DNA of 63,732 nucleotides, filler included, from Nitrospinae bacterium RIFCSPLOWO2_12_FULL_45_22 (GCA_001803565.1; 7 parts of 7 records of this genome joined end to end with filler, not necessarily neighbours in it), one strand, 5' to 3'. Numbered from the whole stretch's first letter, positions 1 to 11,186 are shown. Numbers and translations: made by a program. Notes: a model not told the origin generated them from the sequence alone.

Positions 1-1545
1 ATAGGTGGTAGAATAATTGAGGGTACCAGGATTATAATTGGTGGTGCCATGTTCGTGCTTTACTTCGGGAGGGTTGCTGGTGGTACCGAAATAGAGGTTA
101 TAAGTAACCGTATCGCCGACATCAGGATCACCGCCAGACCAGCTCAGTACACTATTAACCGCAATGCCTGTAGAGCCATGGGCGGGTTCAAGGATAGTGG
201 GTGTATAAGGGGGATGGTTGTCATTAATTTGAGAGTATTTAATGATGGTATAATCATTATAAGAATTAGAATAGTCTCCGGCCCGACCACTAGAACCGGC
301 CACATATACGTTACCATTTATATCTACACCTAGGCGCTTAGGTCGATCAGAGCCCCCTCCATCATATCTGACCACCCATAGCCGATTCCCTTCGGTATCA
401 AACTTGATTGTTATATAGTCAGAGCTGTAATCTGTGGACACATATACATTGCCGTTCATGTCTAAGGTCATGGAACGATTAGAGCCGCCATAATCTCCGA
501 ATTCTCCTTTTCCTGGTCTCTGCCATATCTGGTTCCCGTCCTGGTCATACTTAATAACATAGCCATAACCGTTAGTTAAGACATAGACGTTGTCACTGCT
601 ATCTATCTTCAGTGACCTACCACCAAATTCTGCTGACCAGAGCTGGTTCCCATCTTTATCATACTTGGCAGTTCCACTAGAATCAGTCACCAATAGACTG
701 TCACCGCTATCTACGACTATATCAAGCCCATACCCCCTACTAATTTTCCAGAGCTGGTTCCCATCGGAATCATACTTTATGATACTATTTCCCCCGCGGG
801 TGGTATTCACACCTATGTAGACATTGCCCATACTATCTACAGCTATGGTCATAGAATTAACATCTTCTAAAGGATATTGGGCTAATTGGTGAATTTTTAT
901 CCAGAGTTGGTTCCCCTCAGAATCATGTTTGCTGGTAAGAAGATGTACACAACTATCAGAAGGATAAGAACTACACCAACCAGTACTTGTTCCGGTTACA
1001 TAGACATTACCGCTTTTATCTATGGCGACATCATAGGCTTGGTCATTAAGGCCATTATAGGTTCGGGAAAAATATTCAAATTCTCCATCGTCCCTGGCTA
1101 CCCATAGCTCGTTTCCATCGGAATCATATTTGATAGTAGTAAAATCATAAGAGGAAGTATCTATGTTGTAACTAGACCCGGTAACATATATATTGTCCCT
1201 ATTTTCTATCGCCAGGGCTTGGGCCTTATCGTCTCCTGCCCCTGAATCATACCTATTTACCCAGACTTGTTTCCTCTGAGGGTCATATTTGATAGTAGAG
1301 TAATCAAAGGCAGAATCTTGGCCACTGCTATAGCCAGTGACATAGATATTACCATGGCTATCTAGACCCAGATCAGTGATAAAGTCATTACCTCCCTTGG
1401 GACTATCATAACTTGCTACCCATTCTTCCTTCACCACCTCATGGGCCATAACCCAAGGGATAAATAAAGGCAGATTAAAGAGGAACATAGACAAGATGTA
1501 AGGAATAAATCTCTTGTTTTTTTGGCCAACCAAAAAATTAACCAT
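1..1545 (-). CDS. Secreted SBBP-type beta-propeller repeat protein with a downstream Ig/FN3-like region; 3' end runs off the window
   Basis: Not in the ORF track. Manual translation from ATG at 1545 gives MVNFLVGQKNKRFIPYILSMFLFNLPLLSLGLWA (signal-like), then repeated D-x-x-GN(I/V)YVTG and IKYD-x-x-GNQLW units. The frame is open to position 1. Confidence 0.85.
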   Translation of the reverse strand, partial: MVNFLVGQKNKRFIPYILSMFLFNLPLFIPWVMAHEVVKEEWVASYDSPKGGNDFITDLGLDSHGNIYVTGYSSGQDSAFDYSTIKYDPQRKQVWVNRYDSGAGDDKAQALAIENRDNIYVTGSSYNIDTSSYDFTTIKYDSDGNELWVARDDGEFEYFSRTYNGLNDQAYDVAIDKSGNVYVTGTSTGWCSSYPSDSCVHLLTSKHDSEGNQLWIKIHQLAQYPLEDVNSMTIAVDSMGNVYIGVNTTRGGNSIIKYDSDGNQLWKISRGYGLDIVVDSGDSLLVTDSSGTAKYDKDGNQLWSAEFGGRSLKIDSSDNVYVLTNGYGYVIKYDQDGNQIWQRPGKGEFGDYGGSNRSMTLDMNGNVYVSTDYSSDYITIKFDTEGNRLWVVRYDGGGSDRPKRLGVDINGNVYVAGSSGRAGDYSNSYNDYTIIKYSQINDNHPPYTPTILEPAHGSTGIAVNSVLSWSGGDPDVGDTVTYNLYFGTTSNPPEVKHEHGTTNYNPGTLNYSTTY

Positions 1546-1774
1546 CTAAATTTTCCCCACAGGTTTATATTACTCTGGGAGTTAATCGTTTATAAACTAA
1601 AAATTAATGATTAAATTTGATTATATTACAGACTTCTCCAAGCATATAAATAATAGATATCCCAATGATTGACCACAGCATCATAGACATGGAAAGCGAT
1701 CTGGCCTTTATCATTAAAGACATAATCGATCCTCCCTGGTTTTGCTGCCATTCTTAAAATATTTCCTCACGCCG

Positions 1775-4700
1775 CTAAGGGTTAATAGTAAAGGGAGCGA
1801 TATTGACTTGGCCAATGAGTTTAGGAGTAGCGCTCTGGGCCGTGCCTGGTTCTGCCAGAGCAGCAAAAGCAAAGTATGATCCCGGCGGTAGGCTGAGGGC
1901 GCAAAGATGGTAACTGTCCAATTTTCCATTACCATCGCTATCGGCATTCATCTCTGGAGCTGAGGGAAATAGCCAGCCAGAAGGTAAAGCCACATCCCGG
2001 GCAAAAGGGGTAAAGGTACGGGAGTCGGTCGGGTCACTGCTAATTAGATCAAGGGAGGGGTTGAGAAAGAATAATCTACCATCAGCATAGCCTATACCGA
2101 TGAAGACATCGGCTCTCAGCTTGAAATTACTAGGGTTCCCTGCCCATATCATCAATTCTATAGAATTGGCTGAGGCTTGTCTGGCAGCCGCTACTTGGAT
2201 TGGGCGTTCTCTACCGATAGCAAAGACGGTTACGATATCGGTTGGGCTCTGGCCCTGGTTATTTTTTACTACCAGCTCTATCTGGTAAATACCATCACGG
2301 TCTGGATAATAAAGACTGGGCTTTGCACTTTCGGGCTCTGCGATAGTGGCTTGGCTACCCGCAGGCTTGCTTATGAGAGACCAGTAATATGTCAGGGTAT
2401 CAGTACCAGGGTTATAGCTGGGAGAGCCATCCAGGTAAACAGTAGAACCAGGAAAGACAACCCGATCCCTCCCAGCATAAGCCATGGGCTTGGCATCGGA
2501 GCTATCCCGGGCTATTATGATCACACTATCTGGCTTACTCGCCTCTTTACCATCACTAGCAACTAACTCTACCTCATAGAATCCTACGGCATCTGCTACC
2601 AGTGAGGGATAAACGCCGGTAGGATCAGAAAGGATAGCCTGACTCCCTCTTGGCTTCGAGATTAAAGTCCAATGATAGGCGAGGGGATCATTCTCAGAAT
2701 CAAAACTGGCCGATCCATCCAGGGTCGTTTCGGTTCCTGGGGCCACTAGCTGGTCTGAGCCAGCCCGGGCAATGGGCCTGATGTTCGGGGAAAGAGCTTT
2801 ATAGTTATGGAAGGCGATCTTGCCGGTATCATTGATAGGATAATAGGAATAATCCATGGAAAAATAATAATCATAAACAGTTCCACCTATACTCCAGGAA
2901 GCAATGGATACTGCTTGATTTACCTGATTTCCATTATAAAAATATATGGTAGTTGTAATACTAAATCTTGCCATATAATAATAATAGTAATGGGTAGCAA
3001 AGGCTATCTGGCCTTTATTATTAATACTGGGGCGACTGGGTCTACCAAAGAAATAATCATAATTACCAGTTTCAGGAATAATAATATGTATCTCATATCC
3101 ATCATAGGAATAAAGACGCCAGCCAGCAATATATGTGCCGCCTCCTTGGGGATAAGATTCATAAGCAGCGGCTGTAAAGGCCATTTGCCCCTGTTCATTT
3201 AGGCTGACATAAGAGACCTGGGATATCCCTTTATCCTGAGTAACATTGGAGATTGTGTGGTTGGCATAGAGATAGATATCAGAGCGGGATTGGTCTTTGC
3301 TTTGGGCGATAAAGGCGATCTGACCCTGGTTATTGAGGCTGGGGTAGGTAGCCCCGGCCAAATCCAGACTGGCAGTTATATTAGAGATGGTATTATAGTT
3401 ATATAAATAGATATCTTTTCGGCTACTATCCAGATTTTCTCCCACAAAGGCGATCTGGCCCAGATTATTAAGGCTGGGCGTGTCAACCTCTTTTAGATCC
3501 AGACCAGCGGTAATATTAGATACGCTATTGCCATCATAGAAATAGATATCACGACGTCTACTATTCGGGTCCTCACCTACAAAGGCGGTCTGCCCAGCAT
3601 CATTAATGCTGGGGGAAAAAGCATTAACGTCTAAATGCGAGGTAAGGTTGACGACCGAGCCATTGGCATAGAGGTAGATATCCGATTGTAAAAGCAACGA
3701 ATCGTAAGCGGAAAAAGCTATCTGACCCTTATTATTAATACTCAGGGCAAAGTCGGAAAAGGACTTTTGGCCTCTAATACCTTTGATAGATTGTCCATCA
3801 TAGATATAAATATCCGATATACCTCCCCTGAGCTCGGCCGCAAAGGCGATCTGGCCACCGTTATTAAGGCTAACCGAATTCAAATATATCTTTAAAGGGT
3901 CGATAATATTGCCGGCAATCTCATTTATCTCCTTCCCATTCCAAAGATAGAGGCCATACCCTCCGGAAGTATTAGCCAAAAAAGTCACCATACCCAAATC
4001 ATTGAGGTCAATAGATTTACAGGTGGGTCCAGCCAGACACCGATCCCCAATGGTAATATTACTATTAACCGTAATGCCGTTTATCTGACCATTCTCGTAA
4101 ATATAGATATCACGGTGGCTGTGCTCCTGGTCCTCGCCTACAAAACCGATCTTACCAGAATCATTAAGCCTGATATGGGAGAAGTAGGAAATATTCTCTG
4201 GAAGATTAATAGGGTAGACTGAGCTCCCGTCATATAAGTATAAGAACAATCTGGAATAATCAATATTGGAAGACTCAATGTTATATCCGGAAAAGGCTAT
4301 CCATCCCTTATTATTAATACTGACGCCAGATCCATCAGGGGAGACTTTGGTATTGGTAGTAATATTAGTGATAGTGCCTTCACTATACAGATAGACCCCT
4401 GCTTGGCCACTAGAATAATCAGTAGCTATAAAGGCAATCTGGCCGGAATCATTAAGCGCAGAATAGGAAAAAAAAAGAGAAGAGAGATTTAGCCCACCCG
4501 TGATATTAGCTACCTCATTACCGTCATAAAAAAATATATTATCTGGCCTTGAAGAAGGTTCAGCAAAAGGCGAAGAAGAGTTATCATAGCCAATAAAGGC
4601 TATCTGACCTCGGTTATTGAGGTTCGGCTGGAAGAAAGAATAATTCCTGAAGGAAGAGGTGATATTCTTTGTCTCCCGGTGGCCATCATAGAGATAGATA

Positions 4701-4915
4701 TTCGAATAATTTGAGGGTGAAGACCCACCCTTACCGGTAAAGGCCATCTGACCGGAATCATTAAGGGATAGCTCATAAGCAGATATGTACTCTGAACCAT
4801 CCCACATAGGGACAATCTCAAAACCTTTTGCCCTGCCCCAAGTGGAAGCGCTAATTACCCACCCTAACCCTACCAGCAACAAACCCCAGAAAATAACCCT
4901 TCTCAACCCCCCCAT
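1775..4915 (-). CDS. Secreted NxxGxxAF tandem-repeat (beta-propeller) protein with two PKD/REJ-like Ig domains
   Basis: Signal peptide, many (S)LN-x-x-GQIAF repeats, and two PKD-like domains (PIARAGSDQ...LDGSASFD; PMAYAGRD...LDGSPSY). Confidence 0.85.
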   Translation of the reverse strand: MGGLRRVIFWGLLLVGLGWVISASTWGRAKGFEIVPMWDGSEYISAYELSLNDSGQMAFTGKGGSSPSNYSNIYLYDGHRETKNITSSFRNYSFFQPNLNNRGQIAFIGYDNSSSPFAEPSSRPDNIFFYDGNEVANITGGLNLSSLFFSYSALNDSGQIAFIATDYSSGQAGVYLYSEGTITNITTNTKVSPDGSGVSINNKGWIAFSGYNIESSNIDYSRLFLYLYDGSSVYPINLPENISYFSHIRLNDSGKIGFVGEDQEHSHRDIYIYENGQINGITVNSNITIGDRCLAGPTCKSIDLNDLGMVTFLANTSGGYGLYLWNGKEINEIAGNIIDPLKIYLNSVSLNNGGQIAFAAELRGGISDIYIYDGQSIKGIRGQKSFSDFALSINNKGQIAFSAYDSLLLQSDIYLYANGSVVNLTSHLDVNAFSPSINDAGQTAFVGEDPNSRRRDIYFYDGNSVSNITAGLDLKEVDTPSLNNLGQIAFVGENLDSSRKDIYLYNYNTISNITASLDLAGATYPSLNNQGQIAFIAQSKDQSRSDIYLYANHTISNVTQDKGISQVSYVSLNEQGQMAFTAAAYESYPQGGGTYIAGWRLYSYDGYEIHIIIPETGNYDYFFGRPSRPSINNKGQIAFATHYYYYYMARFSITTTIYFYNGNQVNQAVSIASWSIGGTVYDYYFSMDYSYYPINDTGKIAFHNYKALSPNIRPIARAGSDQLVAPGTETTLDGSASFDSENDPLAYHWTLISKPRGSQAILSDPTGVYPSLVADAVGFYEVELVASDGKEASKPDSVIIIARDSSDAKPMAYAGRDRVVFPGSTVYLDGSPSYNPGTDTLTYYWSLISKPAGSQATIAEPESAKPSLYYPDRDGIYQIELVVKNNQGQSPTDIVTVFAIGRERPIQVAAARQASANSIELMIWAGNPSNFKLRADVFIGIGYADGRLFFLNPSLDLISSDPTDSRTFTPFARDVALPSGWLFPSAPEMNADSDGNGKLDSYHLCALSLPPGSYFAFAALAEPGTAQSATPKLIGQVNIAPFTINP

Positions 4916-5029
4916 CTTCCTTTCCTCCCATTAATAACTTAAACCTTCCTAATTCTTTCGTCGGTTTTTTCTTTAGGGGACGGAATTTTAGCACCAGCTC
5001 ATCATTAGACGGAATATATGAAACTGCCT

Positions 5030-5506
5030 TCATTTTTCTCCTCCAGAGAGTAATAGCAGAAAAGCAAGGAGACCTCCCAAAACAAGCAAAGCCTTCTCTC
5101 GCTCTTCTTTTTTCAGCTTTAACGATCTAATATAAGTAGATAATTTTATCAAAGCCTGCTGATATTGATAGGGATCGTACTCAATATACTCCCTTCCCTG
5201 TAAGGCGGCTAAGTCTTTTGGGTCTATTCCCTTTTCTACAATAGGAATAACCGATTTATTGCATTGTAATGAATATCCTATTTCTTGTTGTACCCAGTTC
5301 GACCTTATCCCATTCCGTGTTAACAAGGCAACTACACAATCAGATTTTTCGATTTGTTCAAACACTTTCTTGCCAAGATGCTCGCCGGGGACTAGATACC
5401 ACTCTGCAACAGATACTTCTACTCCAAATTTCGAAAGTAAATTTGCTAGTGATATAACTAATCCTTGGTCCCGCGTGCTATGGCTTATGAAAACTTTATA
5501 TGCCAT
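5030..5506 (-). CDS. TIR-domain protein (TIR_2-like) with a C-terminal membrane anchor
   Basis: KVFISHS box, SNWVQQEIG with the putative catalytic Glu, and a hydrophobic tail ALLVLGGLLAFLLLLS. Confidence 0.85.
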   Translation of the reverse strand: MAYKVFISHSTRDQGLVISLANLLSKFGVEVSVAEWYLVPGEHLGKKVFEQIEKSDCVVALLTRNGIRSNWVQQEIGYSLQCNKSVIPIVEKGIDPKDLAALQGREYIEYDPYQYQQALIKLSTYIRSLKLKKEEREKALLVLGGLLAFLLLLSGGEK

Positions 5507-5668
5507 TTTTCCCTATTTCAACGCATTCATATCCGTACTTCGCTCTTTACCCTAAATTGGGGGAAGAATAGTCGAAGCTCGTTTTTTGTTCCAATTTGGC
5601 AGGATATACGAAGTTCGGTTATTCCTCCCTTTCATAGGTGTCTCTTTACTACCCTCATGCCCTACCAC

Positions 5669-6514
5669 TTATTTACCAAAATATAGCTCTTGGTGCTTTA
5701 CTATCTGGTCAATCTGTTTTAATTGGTGGATTAGTTGGGGTAGGGCATCTAGTGGGAGCATGGTGGAGGCATCAGAGAGGCCCTGGGCAGGGTCAGGGTG
5801 CACTTCCAGAAACACAGCGTCACAGCCTACGGCAACCGCACCGCGGGCTAGGTAAGGGATAAATTCTTGATCCCCACCAGAGGCTTTACCAGCCCCGCCA
5901 GGGAGCTGGAGGCTATGGGTGGCATCGAAGATTACAGGGAAGGCAAATTTACGCATGATAATCAGGGAGCGCATATCAGCAACCAGATTATTGTAACCAA
6001 AGGTGGAACCCCGTTCGGTCAAGAGGATCTGGCGATTACCGGTGGTGAGGATTTTTTCTATAACATGCTCCATATCCCAGGGGGCCAGGAACTGACCCTT
6101 CTTTACATTGACAGGCTTACCAGCTTTGGCTACTGCCAGGACCAGGTCGGTCTGTCGGCATAAAAAAGCTGGTATCTGGATAACATCGAGGACTTTGGCA
6201 GCCGCTTCTACCTGATCTGGCGAATGAACATCAGATAGAATCGGCACACCAACTTCCTCTTTGATCCAGGATAGAATCTCAAGGCCCTGATGCAGGCCCG
6301 GGCCCCTGGGAGCTGAGACAGAAGTACGGTTGGCCTTGTCATAGGAGGCTTTAAATATAAATGGTATACCCTGTTGCTGGGCTATTTCATTGATATTTTT
6401 GGCCAGGGATAAGGTACTTTCGGCATCTTCAATGACACAAGGCCCAGCAATCATAACCAGCGGATTTCTCCCACCTATCTTTACCTTACCAATCGCTACT
6501 ACTTTAGTATCCAT
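5669..6514 (-). CDS. kdsA: KDO-8-phosphate synthase
   Basis: IAGPCVIE, FKASYDKANRTS and KKGQFLAP motifs; sits next to pyrG and kdsB. Confidence 0.97.
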   Translation of the reverse strand: MDTKVVAIGKVKIGGRNPLVMIAGPCVIEDAESTLSLAKNINEIAQQQGIPFIFKASYDKANRTSVSAPRGPGLHQGLEILSWIKEEVGVPILSDVHSPDQVEAAAKVLDVIQIPAFLCRQTDLVLAVAKAGKPVNVKKGQFLAPWDMEHVIEKILTTGNRQILLTERGSTFGYNNLVADMRSLIIMRKFAFPVIFDATHSLQLPGGAGKASGGDQEFIPYLARGAVAVGCDAVFLEVHPDPAQGLSDASTMLPLDALPQLIHQLKQIDQIVKHQELYFGK

Positions 6515-6573
6515 AGTCTGGCCTTTCTGTGTTTAGCAATAACTTATTATTTAAAGCCTTGAGGGACTATTCA

Positions 6574-6733
6574 GGCCACCAAGTCACAAAGACACAAAGG
6601 AAAGGAAATGTAACTCAAGGCTTTAGCCTTGATCAACCCTAAAGGGTTGAGTTACAGAGTTCATAAAGTGTTAACTCCTTTTGGATAAATATGAAGAATG
6701 CCATCGGCTTCGTGCCTTAGTGTCTTTGTGGCA
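6574..6733. repeat. Nested palindromic intergenic element
   Basis: Outer inverted repeat GCCACCAAGTCACAAAGACACAAAG...CTTCGTGCCTTAGTGTCTTTGTGGC. It encloses GTAACTCAAGGCTTTAGCCTTG...AACCCTAAAGGGTTGAGTTAC. The stretch 6609-6702 is nearly identical to 51296-51389. Confidence 0.8.
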
Positions 6734-6759
6734 ATACAATTGAGTATTTATATCCCGGA

Positions 6760-8502
6760 TTAATCCTTTTGGATCAATTGAGCCGCCATTTCAATGGCGG
6801 GATCTTGTTGTCTATCCCGGGACTTATGGTTCAGGGTTGCCTCGATGAAAGATTTGAATAGCGGATGGGGTTGCTTGGGAGAGGATTGGAATTCCGGGTG
6901 GAATTGCACCCCCACGAACCAGGGATGGTCCACCAACTCTATTAGTTCTACTAATCGCCCGTCAGGGGATAAGCCACTCACCTTGAGCCCCTTCTTTATC
7001 AGAATATTTCGATAATGATTATTTACTTCATATCTATGCCGGTGCCGCTCATAAATCTCAGCAGTCTGATATATCCTGAGGGCAAGAGAACCCTCTTCTA
7101 GTTTACATTTATAAGCCCCTAACCGCATGGTGCCACCCATATCCCCACCACCCAATTGATAGGGTGGTTTTTTTTGCCGGGTATCTAGCTTCAACCTTAA
7201 TTGGGTACCATATTTTTCTTTATCACCCATCTGCTCTGGGTGTAAGTCAATAACTGGATCGGGGCATTCAGGGTGGAATTCAGAACTGTTGGCCTCCTTT
7301 ATACCACAGACATTCCTGGCAAATTCAATCACCGCACATTGCATCCCAAGACATATGCCAAAGAATGGTATCTTCTTCTCTCGGGCATATTTGATAGCTG
7401 CTATCTTACCCTCTATTCCCCGGTCGCCAAACCCACCAGGTATAAGGATTCCCTCTGCATCGGCTAAAAGTCTTCCTGGCCCTTCAGCCTCGATCGCTTC
7501 CGAGTCAACCCATTGTAAGATTACTTCGGCATTGTTCCCTATCCCAGCATGGACCAGGGCTTCAGTAAGGCTCTTATATGAATCCTTCAGGTTGACATAT
7601 TTGCCTACTATAGCGATCCGGGTAGAGGCAGAAGGCCATTTGGCCTTTTCGACGATCTTTTCCCACTCAGAAAGATTGGGTTCATGGGGTGGCAGCTTTA
7701 ATAACCGGGCAACAATATCGTCTAACCCTTCCTGATGCAAGGCTAAAGGGACCTCATAGATAGTATCTACGTCTTTAGCCGTTATAACCGCTTCCTCTGA
7801 GACATTACAAAACAGGGCGATCTTGGATTTCAACTCTTTAGGAAGGGGTTTTTCTGTGCGGCATAGGAGTATATCCGGCTGGATACCTATTTCGCGCAGC
7901 TCTTTAACACTATGCTGGGTAGGTTTAGTCTTTAATTCATCAGCCGACTTGATATAGGGTACCAGGGTTACATGGACATAGAGGACATTTTCTCTACCTA
8001 CATCCGTCCGGAACTGTCTGATAGCCTCCAGGAAGGGTAGGCTCTCAATATCTCCTACTGTGCCGCCGATCTCGCAGATAACGATATCATTATCGTCCCT
8101 TACCGAAAGGAAATGGGATTTTATTTCATCAGTGATATGGGGGATGACCTGTACTGTCCTGCCCAGGTATTCTCCCTGTCTTTCCTTAGTAATAACCGAA
8201 TAATATATCTTGCCGGTAGTGATATTGTTTCTTTGGGTCATCCTGGCTGAGGTGAACCTTTCATAATGGCCTAAGTCTAGGTCGGTCTCGGCCCCATCGT
8301 TAGTAACGAATACTTCACCATGCTGAAAGGGGCTCATGGTTCCAGGATCAACATTTATGTAGGGGTCAAATTTTTGCAGGGTGACCTTCAACCCACGGCT
8401 TTCCATTAAAGCCCCAATGGCTGCGGCGGCTAAGCCCTTACCCAGGGAGGATAGGACCCCGCCGGTAACAAATACATATTTAGTTTGCTTATCCTCTGCC
8501 AT
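6760..8502 (-). CDS. pyrG: CTP synthase
   Basis: [18 protein letters not shown] and QFHPEF motifs. Confidence 0.98.
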   Translation of the reverse strand: MAEDKQTKYVFVTGGVLSSLGKGLAAAAIGALMESRGLKVTLQKFDPYINVDPGTMSPFQHGEVFVTNDGAETDLDLGHYERFTSARMTQRNNITTGKIYYSVITKERQGEYLGRTVQVIPHITDEIKSHFLSVRDDNDIVICEIGGTVGDIESLPFLEAIRQFRTDVGRENVLYVHVTLVPYIKSADELKTKPTQHSVKELREIGIQPDILLCRTEKPLPKELKSKIALFCNVSEEAVITAKDVDTIYEVPLALHQEGLDDIVARLLKLPPHEPNLSEWEKIVEKAKWPSASTRIAIVGKYVNLKDSYKSLTEALVHAGIGNNAEVILQWVDSEAIEAEGPGRLLADAEGILIPGGFGDRGIEGKIAAIKYAREKKIPFFGICLGMQCAVIEFARNVCGIKEANSSEFHPECPDPVIDLHPEQMGDKEKYGTQLRLKLDTRQKKPPYQLGGGDMGGTMRLGAYKCKLEEGSLALRIYQTAEIYERHRHRYEVNNHYRNILIKKGLKVSGLSPDGRLVELIELVDHPWFVGVQFHPEFQSSPKQPHPLFKSFIEATLNHKSRDRQQDPAIEMAAQLIQKD

Positions 8503-8518
8503 CTCAGTCTAATAATTT

Positions 8519-8706
8519 ACCACGGATGAACACGGATTCTTGGCTTCATTGCAAAATTAGCAATGTAAAATTAGCAATTAACAAGTAATGGTATTGCGAG
8601 CAAAGCGAAGCAAAAGGAGTTAATTTTGAAATGCTAATTGCTAACTTTGCATTTTGCGTTGAAAAAGATTTTAGCCATCTCTGTCTATCCGTGGGCATCA
8701 GTGGTC
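8519..8706. repeat. Nested palindromic intergenic element
   Basis: CCACGGATGAACACGGAT...ATCCGTGGGCATCAGTGG encloses inverted short tandem arrays (CAAAATTAGCAA / TTGCTAACTTTGCATTTTG). Confidence 0.7.
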
Positions 8707-8716
8707 AAAATCCTAA

Positions 8717-9484
8717 TCATGGGTAAACAGTTGGTTTCCTGAGTTGTTGCCAAAGGGTCTCAGCTTTTTTAAGGTCTTCTGGGGTATCTATGCCAATCCC
8801 TTGATAAGGGCAATTAATGACCTTAATTTTATACCCATTTTCTAAAACTCGCAACTGTTCTAATTTTTCTGCCTTCTCTAGTGGACTTTGGGGCAGCTTG
8901 GCAAATTTTAGTAAAAAGTCTTTTCGATAGACATACACTCCAATATGTTTAAAGACATGATTAGAAATAGGAGGGGGTTCAGGCCAGCCATCACGGAAAT
9001 AGGGGATAGGGGAGCGGGAAAAATAAAGAGCAAAATCGTAACAATCCGTTACTACTTTAACAATATTAGGATCGAGCAGTTCATTCGAGCTCCTAATATG
9101 GGTCTTTAAGGTACCCATCAGCAGAGATGGCTCTTGCAGAAAGGGTTCTACAGCCAATGAAATAATACTTCCTTCCATAAAGGGCTCATCCGCCTGAAGG
9201 TTGACCACAATATCAGCGGCTATCCCTTCTGCTACCTCAGCTATGCGATCAGTGCCGGTTTGGTGGTTAGGCGAGGTCATCTGTACTTCAGCGCCAAAAC
9301 CTCTAGCGGTTTCATAGATGGCCTTGTGGTCCGTAGCAATAATAATCTGGTTTAGCAAAGAGCATTGTCGGGCACCTTCATATACCCACTGGATAATGGG
9401 CTTGCTCGATAGTTTAGCTAGAAGTTTTCCTGGAAAACGGGTGGCCCCATAACGGGCCGGTATTATAGCTGTTATCTTCATCAT
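8717..9484 (-). CDS. kdsB: CMP-KDO synthetase
   Basis: IIPARYGATRFPGK, GTDRIAEV and EKLEQLR motifs. Confidence 0.96.
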   Translation of the reverse strand: MMKITAIIPARYGATRFPGKLLAKLSSKPIIQWVYEGARQCSLLNQIIIATDHKAIYETARGFGAEVQMTSPNHQTGTDRIAEVAEGIAADIVVNLQADEPFMEGSIISLAVEPFLQEPSLLMGTLKTHIRSSNELLDPNIVKVVTDCYDFALYFSRSPIPYFRDGWPEPPPISNHVFKHIGVYVYRKDFLLKFAKLPQSPLEKAEKLEQLRVLENGYKIKVINCPYQGIGIDTPEDLKKAETLWQQLRKPTVYP

Positions 9485-9570
9485 TGGTTATTGGGTAATT
9501 GGGTTATTGGGTTATTGGGTTATTAGGTAATTGGGTTATAATGACCTAATGACCTAATAACGTAATCACC
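9484..9570. repeat. Inverted array of 8-nt tandem repeats (TTGGGTTA / TAATGACC)
   Basis: Seen directly. Related arrays lie at 23560-23625 and 24895-24957. Confidence 0.75.
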
Positions 9571-9578
9571 TTTTAAAC

Positions 9579-10758
9579 CTAGTAGGCGTTCCTATTTATT
9601 AGCCCCTTCCAGAAAGTTAGCCAGAGTATCTTCAAATCAAAGATAGGAGACCAATGTTCTATATAATAAAGATCGTATTCTATGCGCTTCTCTAGCGAGG
9701 TATTACCCCGCCAACCATTAACTTGTGCCCAGCCAGTAATCCCGGATTTCATCATATGACGGAGCATATACTGGGGGACAGATTTTTTGAATTTATCAAC
9801 AAATACTGGTCTTTCTGGTCTGGGGCCCACGAGACTCATCTCTCCTTTCAAGACATTAAAAAGCTGAGGGAGTTCATCCAGGCTAGTTCTGCGTAATATG
9901 GTCCCACAGGTGGTACATCTTTCATCATCTTTCTTGGCCCAGACCGCGCCGCTATCTTTTTCTGCATCCACTACCATAGTACGGAATTTATACATCGTGA
10001 AGGGTTTCCTATCCATGCCACATCGCTCTTGCCGGTAGAAGACCGTGCCGGGTGAGGTAAGTTTGATTATAAGAGCTATAAGGAGCATTAAGGGAGAGAG
10101 GAGAATAATAGCGACAGAGGAAAGGGCCAGGTCTAGCCCACGCTTGATAAACCGGTTCCAGCCAATCATAGGGCTCTCTCGCAGGCTGATGATTGGGAGA
10201 CCATCCAGGTCTTCAATGCCAGCGTTGAGTTGCATGAACCTCAATAAGTCTGGCACTACTTTTATATCTACCGTCTCCTCGCCTAAAGATTCCATTAATT
10301 CTTCTATCTTCTGATGATCATCCAGGGGCAAGGCGATAAATAGTTGGTCTATAGCATTATCCTGGATAATTTTCTGGGTTTCTTTCAGGGGGCCTAATAT
10401 TTTACTTGTTTTATTTGTTTCATCTTCAAGATCATCATCTACAAAACCTATCAGGTCAAAACCCAGTTCAGGATGGGCCTTGATCCGCTGGGCCAGGGTC
10501 TGCCCTAGCTCCCCTGCCCCTACGATTAGGGTTCGGTGCAGGTTATAGTATCCCTTTTTTCTCAGCCAGGGCAATAGCCTGATCAAGGCCCATCTTGCGC
10601 TACTCAAGAAGGAAATATTCAATACCCAAAAATACACCATGACCATCCGGGAATAAGAGTAATCCCGATAGAAGAAGGTCACGGAAGCTAATAAGAAGAG
10701 GGCTACCGAATTGGCTTTTATAAGCAGGTAGAACTCCTGCCAGACAAACTGGGCTCGC
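9579..10758 (-). CDS. Undecaprenyl-phosphate glucose phosphotransferase (WcaJ family), 5'-truncated at the contig end
   Basis: KFRTM, SLDELPQLFNVLKGEMSLVGPRPER and GITGWAQVNG motifs. The frame is open to the linker. Confidence 0.92.
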
Positions 10759-10858
10759 NNNNNNNNNNNNNNNNNNNNNNNNNNNNNNNNNNNNNNNNNN
10801 NNTTAATTAATTAANNNNNNNNNNNNNNNNNNNNNNNNNNNNNNNNNNNNNNNNNNNN
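10759..10858. other. Artificial contig linker (N44-TTAATTAATTAA-N44)
   Basis: Six-frame stop spacer. Identical linkers lie at 17096-17195, 25693-25792, 42303-42402, 47704-47803 and 58368-58467. Confidence 0.99.
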
Positions 10859-10868
10859 GAGGCATGAG

Positions 10869-11186
10869 ATGAAAAAACGAAAGAAGGTCATAACAAAAGA
10901 AGAGATCATTGAGACCCTAAGAAAGCATAGAGATACTTTGTTGAAATACAAAGTCAAAGAAATTGGGCTTTTTGGGTCTTTTGTTAGGGGTGAACAAGGT
11001 GAGAAAAGTGATATAGATTTTTTTGTAAATTTTGAAGAGCCATCACTTGAAAATTTTATGGGGCTTTCTGCTTTATTAGAAGACCTTTTGCAGAGAAAGG
11101 TAGAAATTCTCACCCCTGCTGGTATTGAGAGTATCAGAATTAACTATGTTAAGGAAGAAATAAAAAGGAGCATTGTTTATGCCTAA
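10869..11186 (+). CDS. MNT-type minimal nucleotidyltransferase antitoxin
   Basis: GLFGSFVRGE...SDIDF motif; overlaps the HEPN gene. Confidence 0.9.
   Translation: MKKRKKVITKEEIIETLRKHRDTLLKYKVKEIGLFGSFVRGEQGEKSDIDFFVNFEEPSLENFMGLSALLEDLLQRKVEILTPAGIESIRINYVKEEIKRSIVYA

Noticed and set aside
9484-9570. Short tandem arrays as CRISPR
   Set aside because: The units are 7-9 nt with no unique spacers, and no cas genes are present. I found no CRISPR array in the window.
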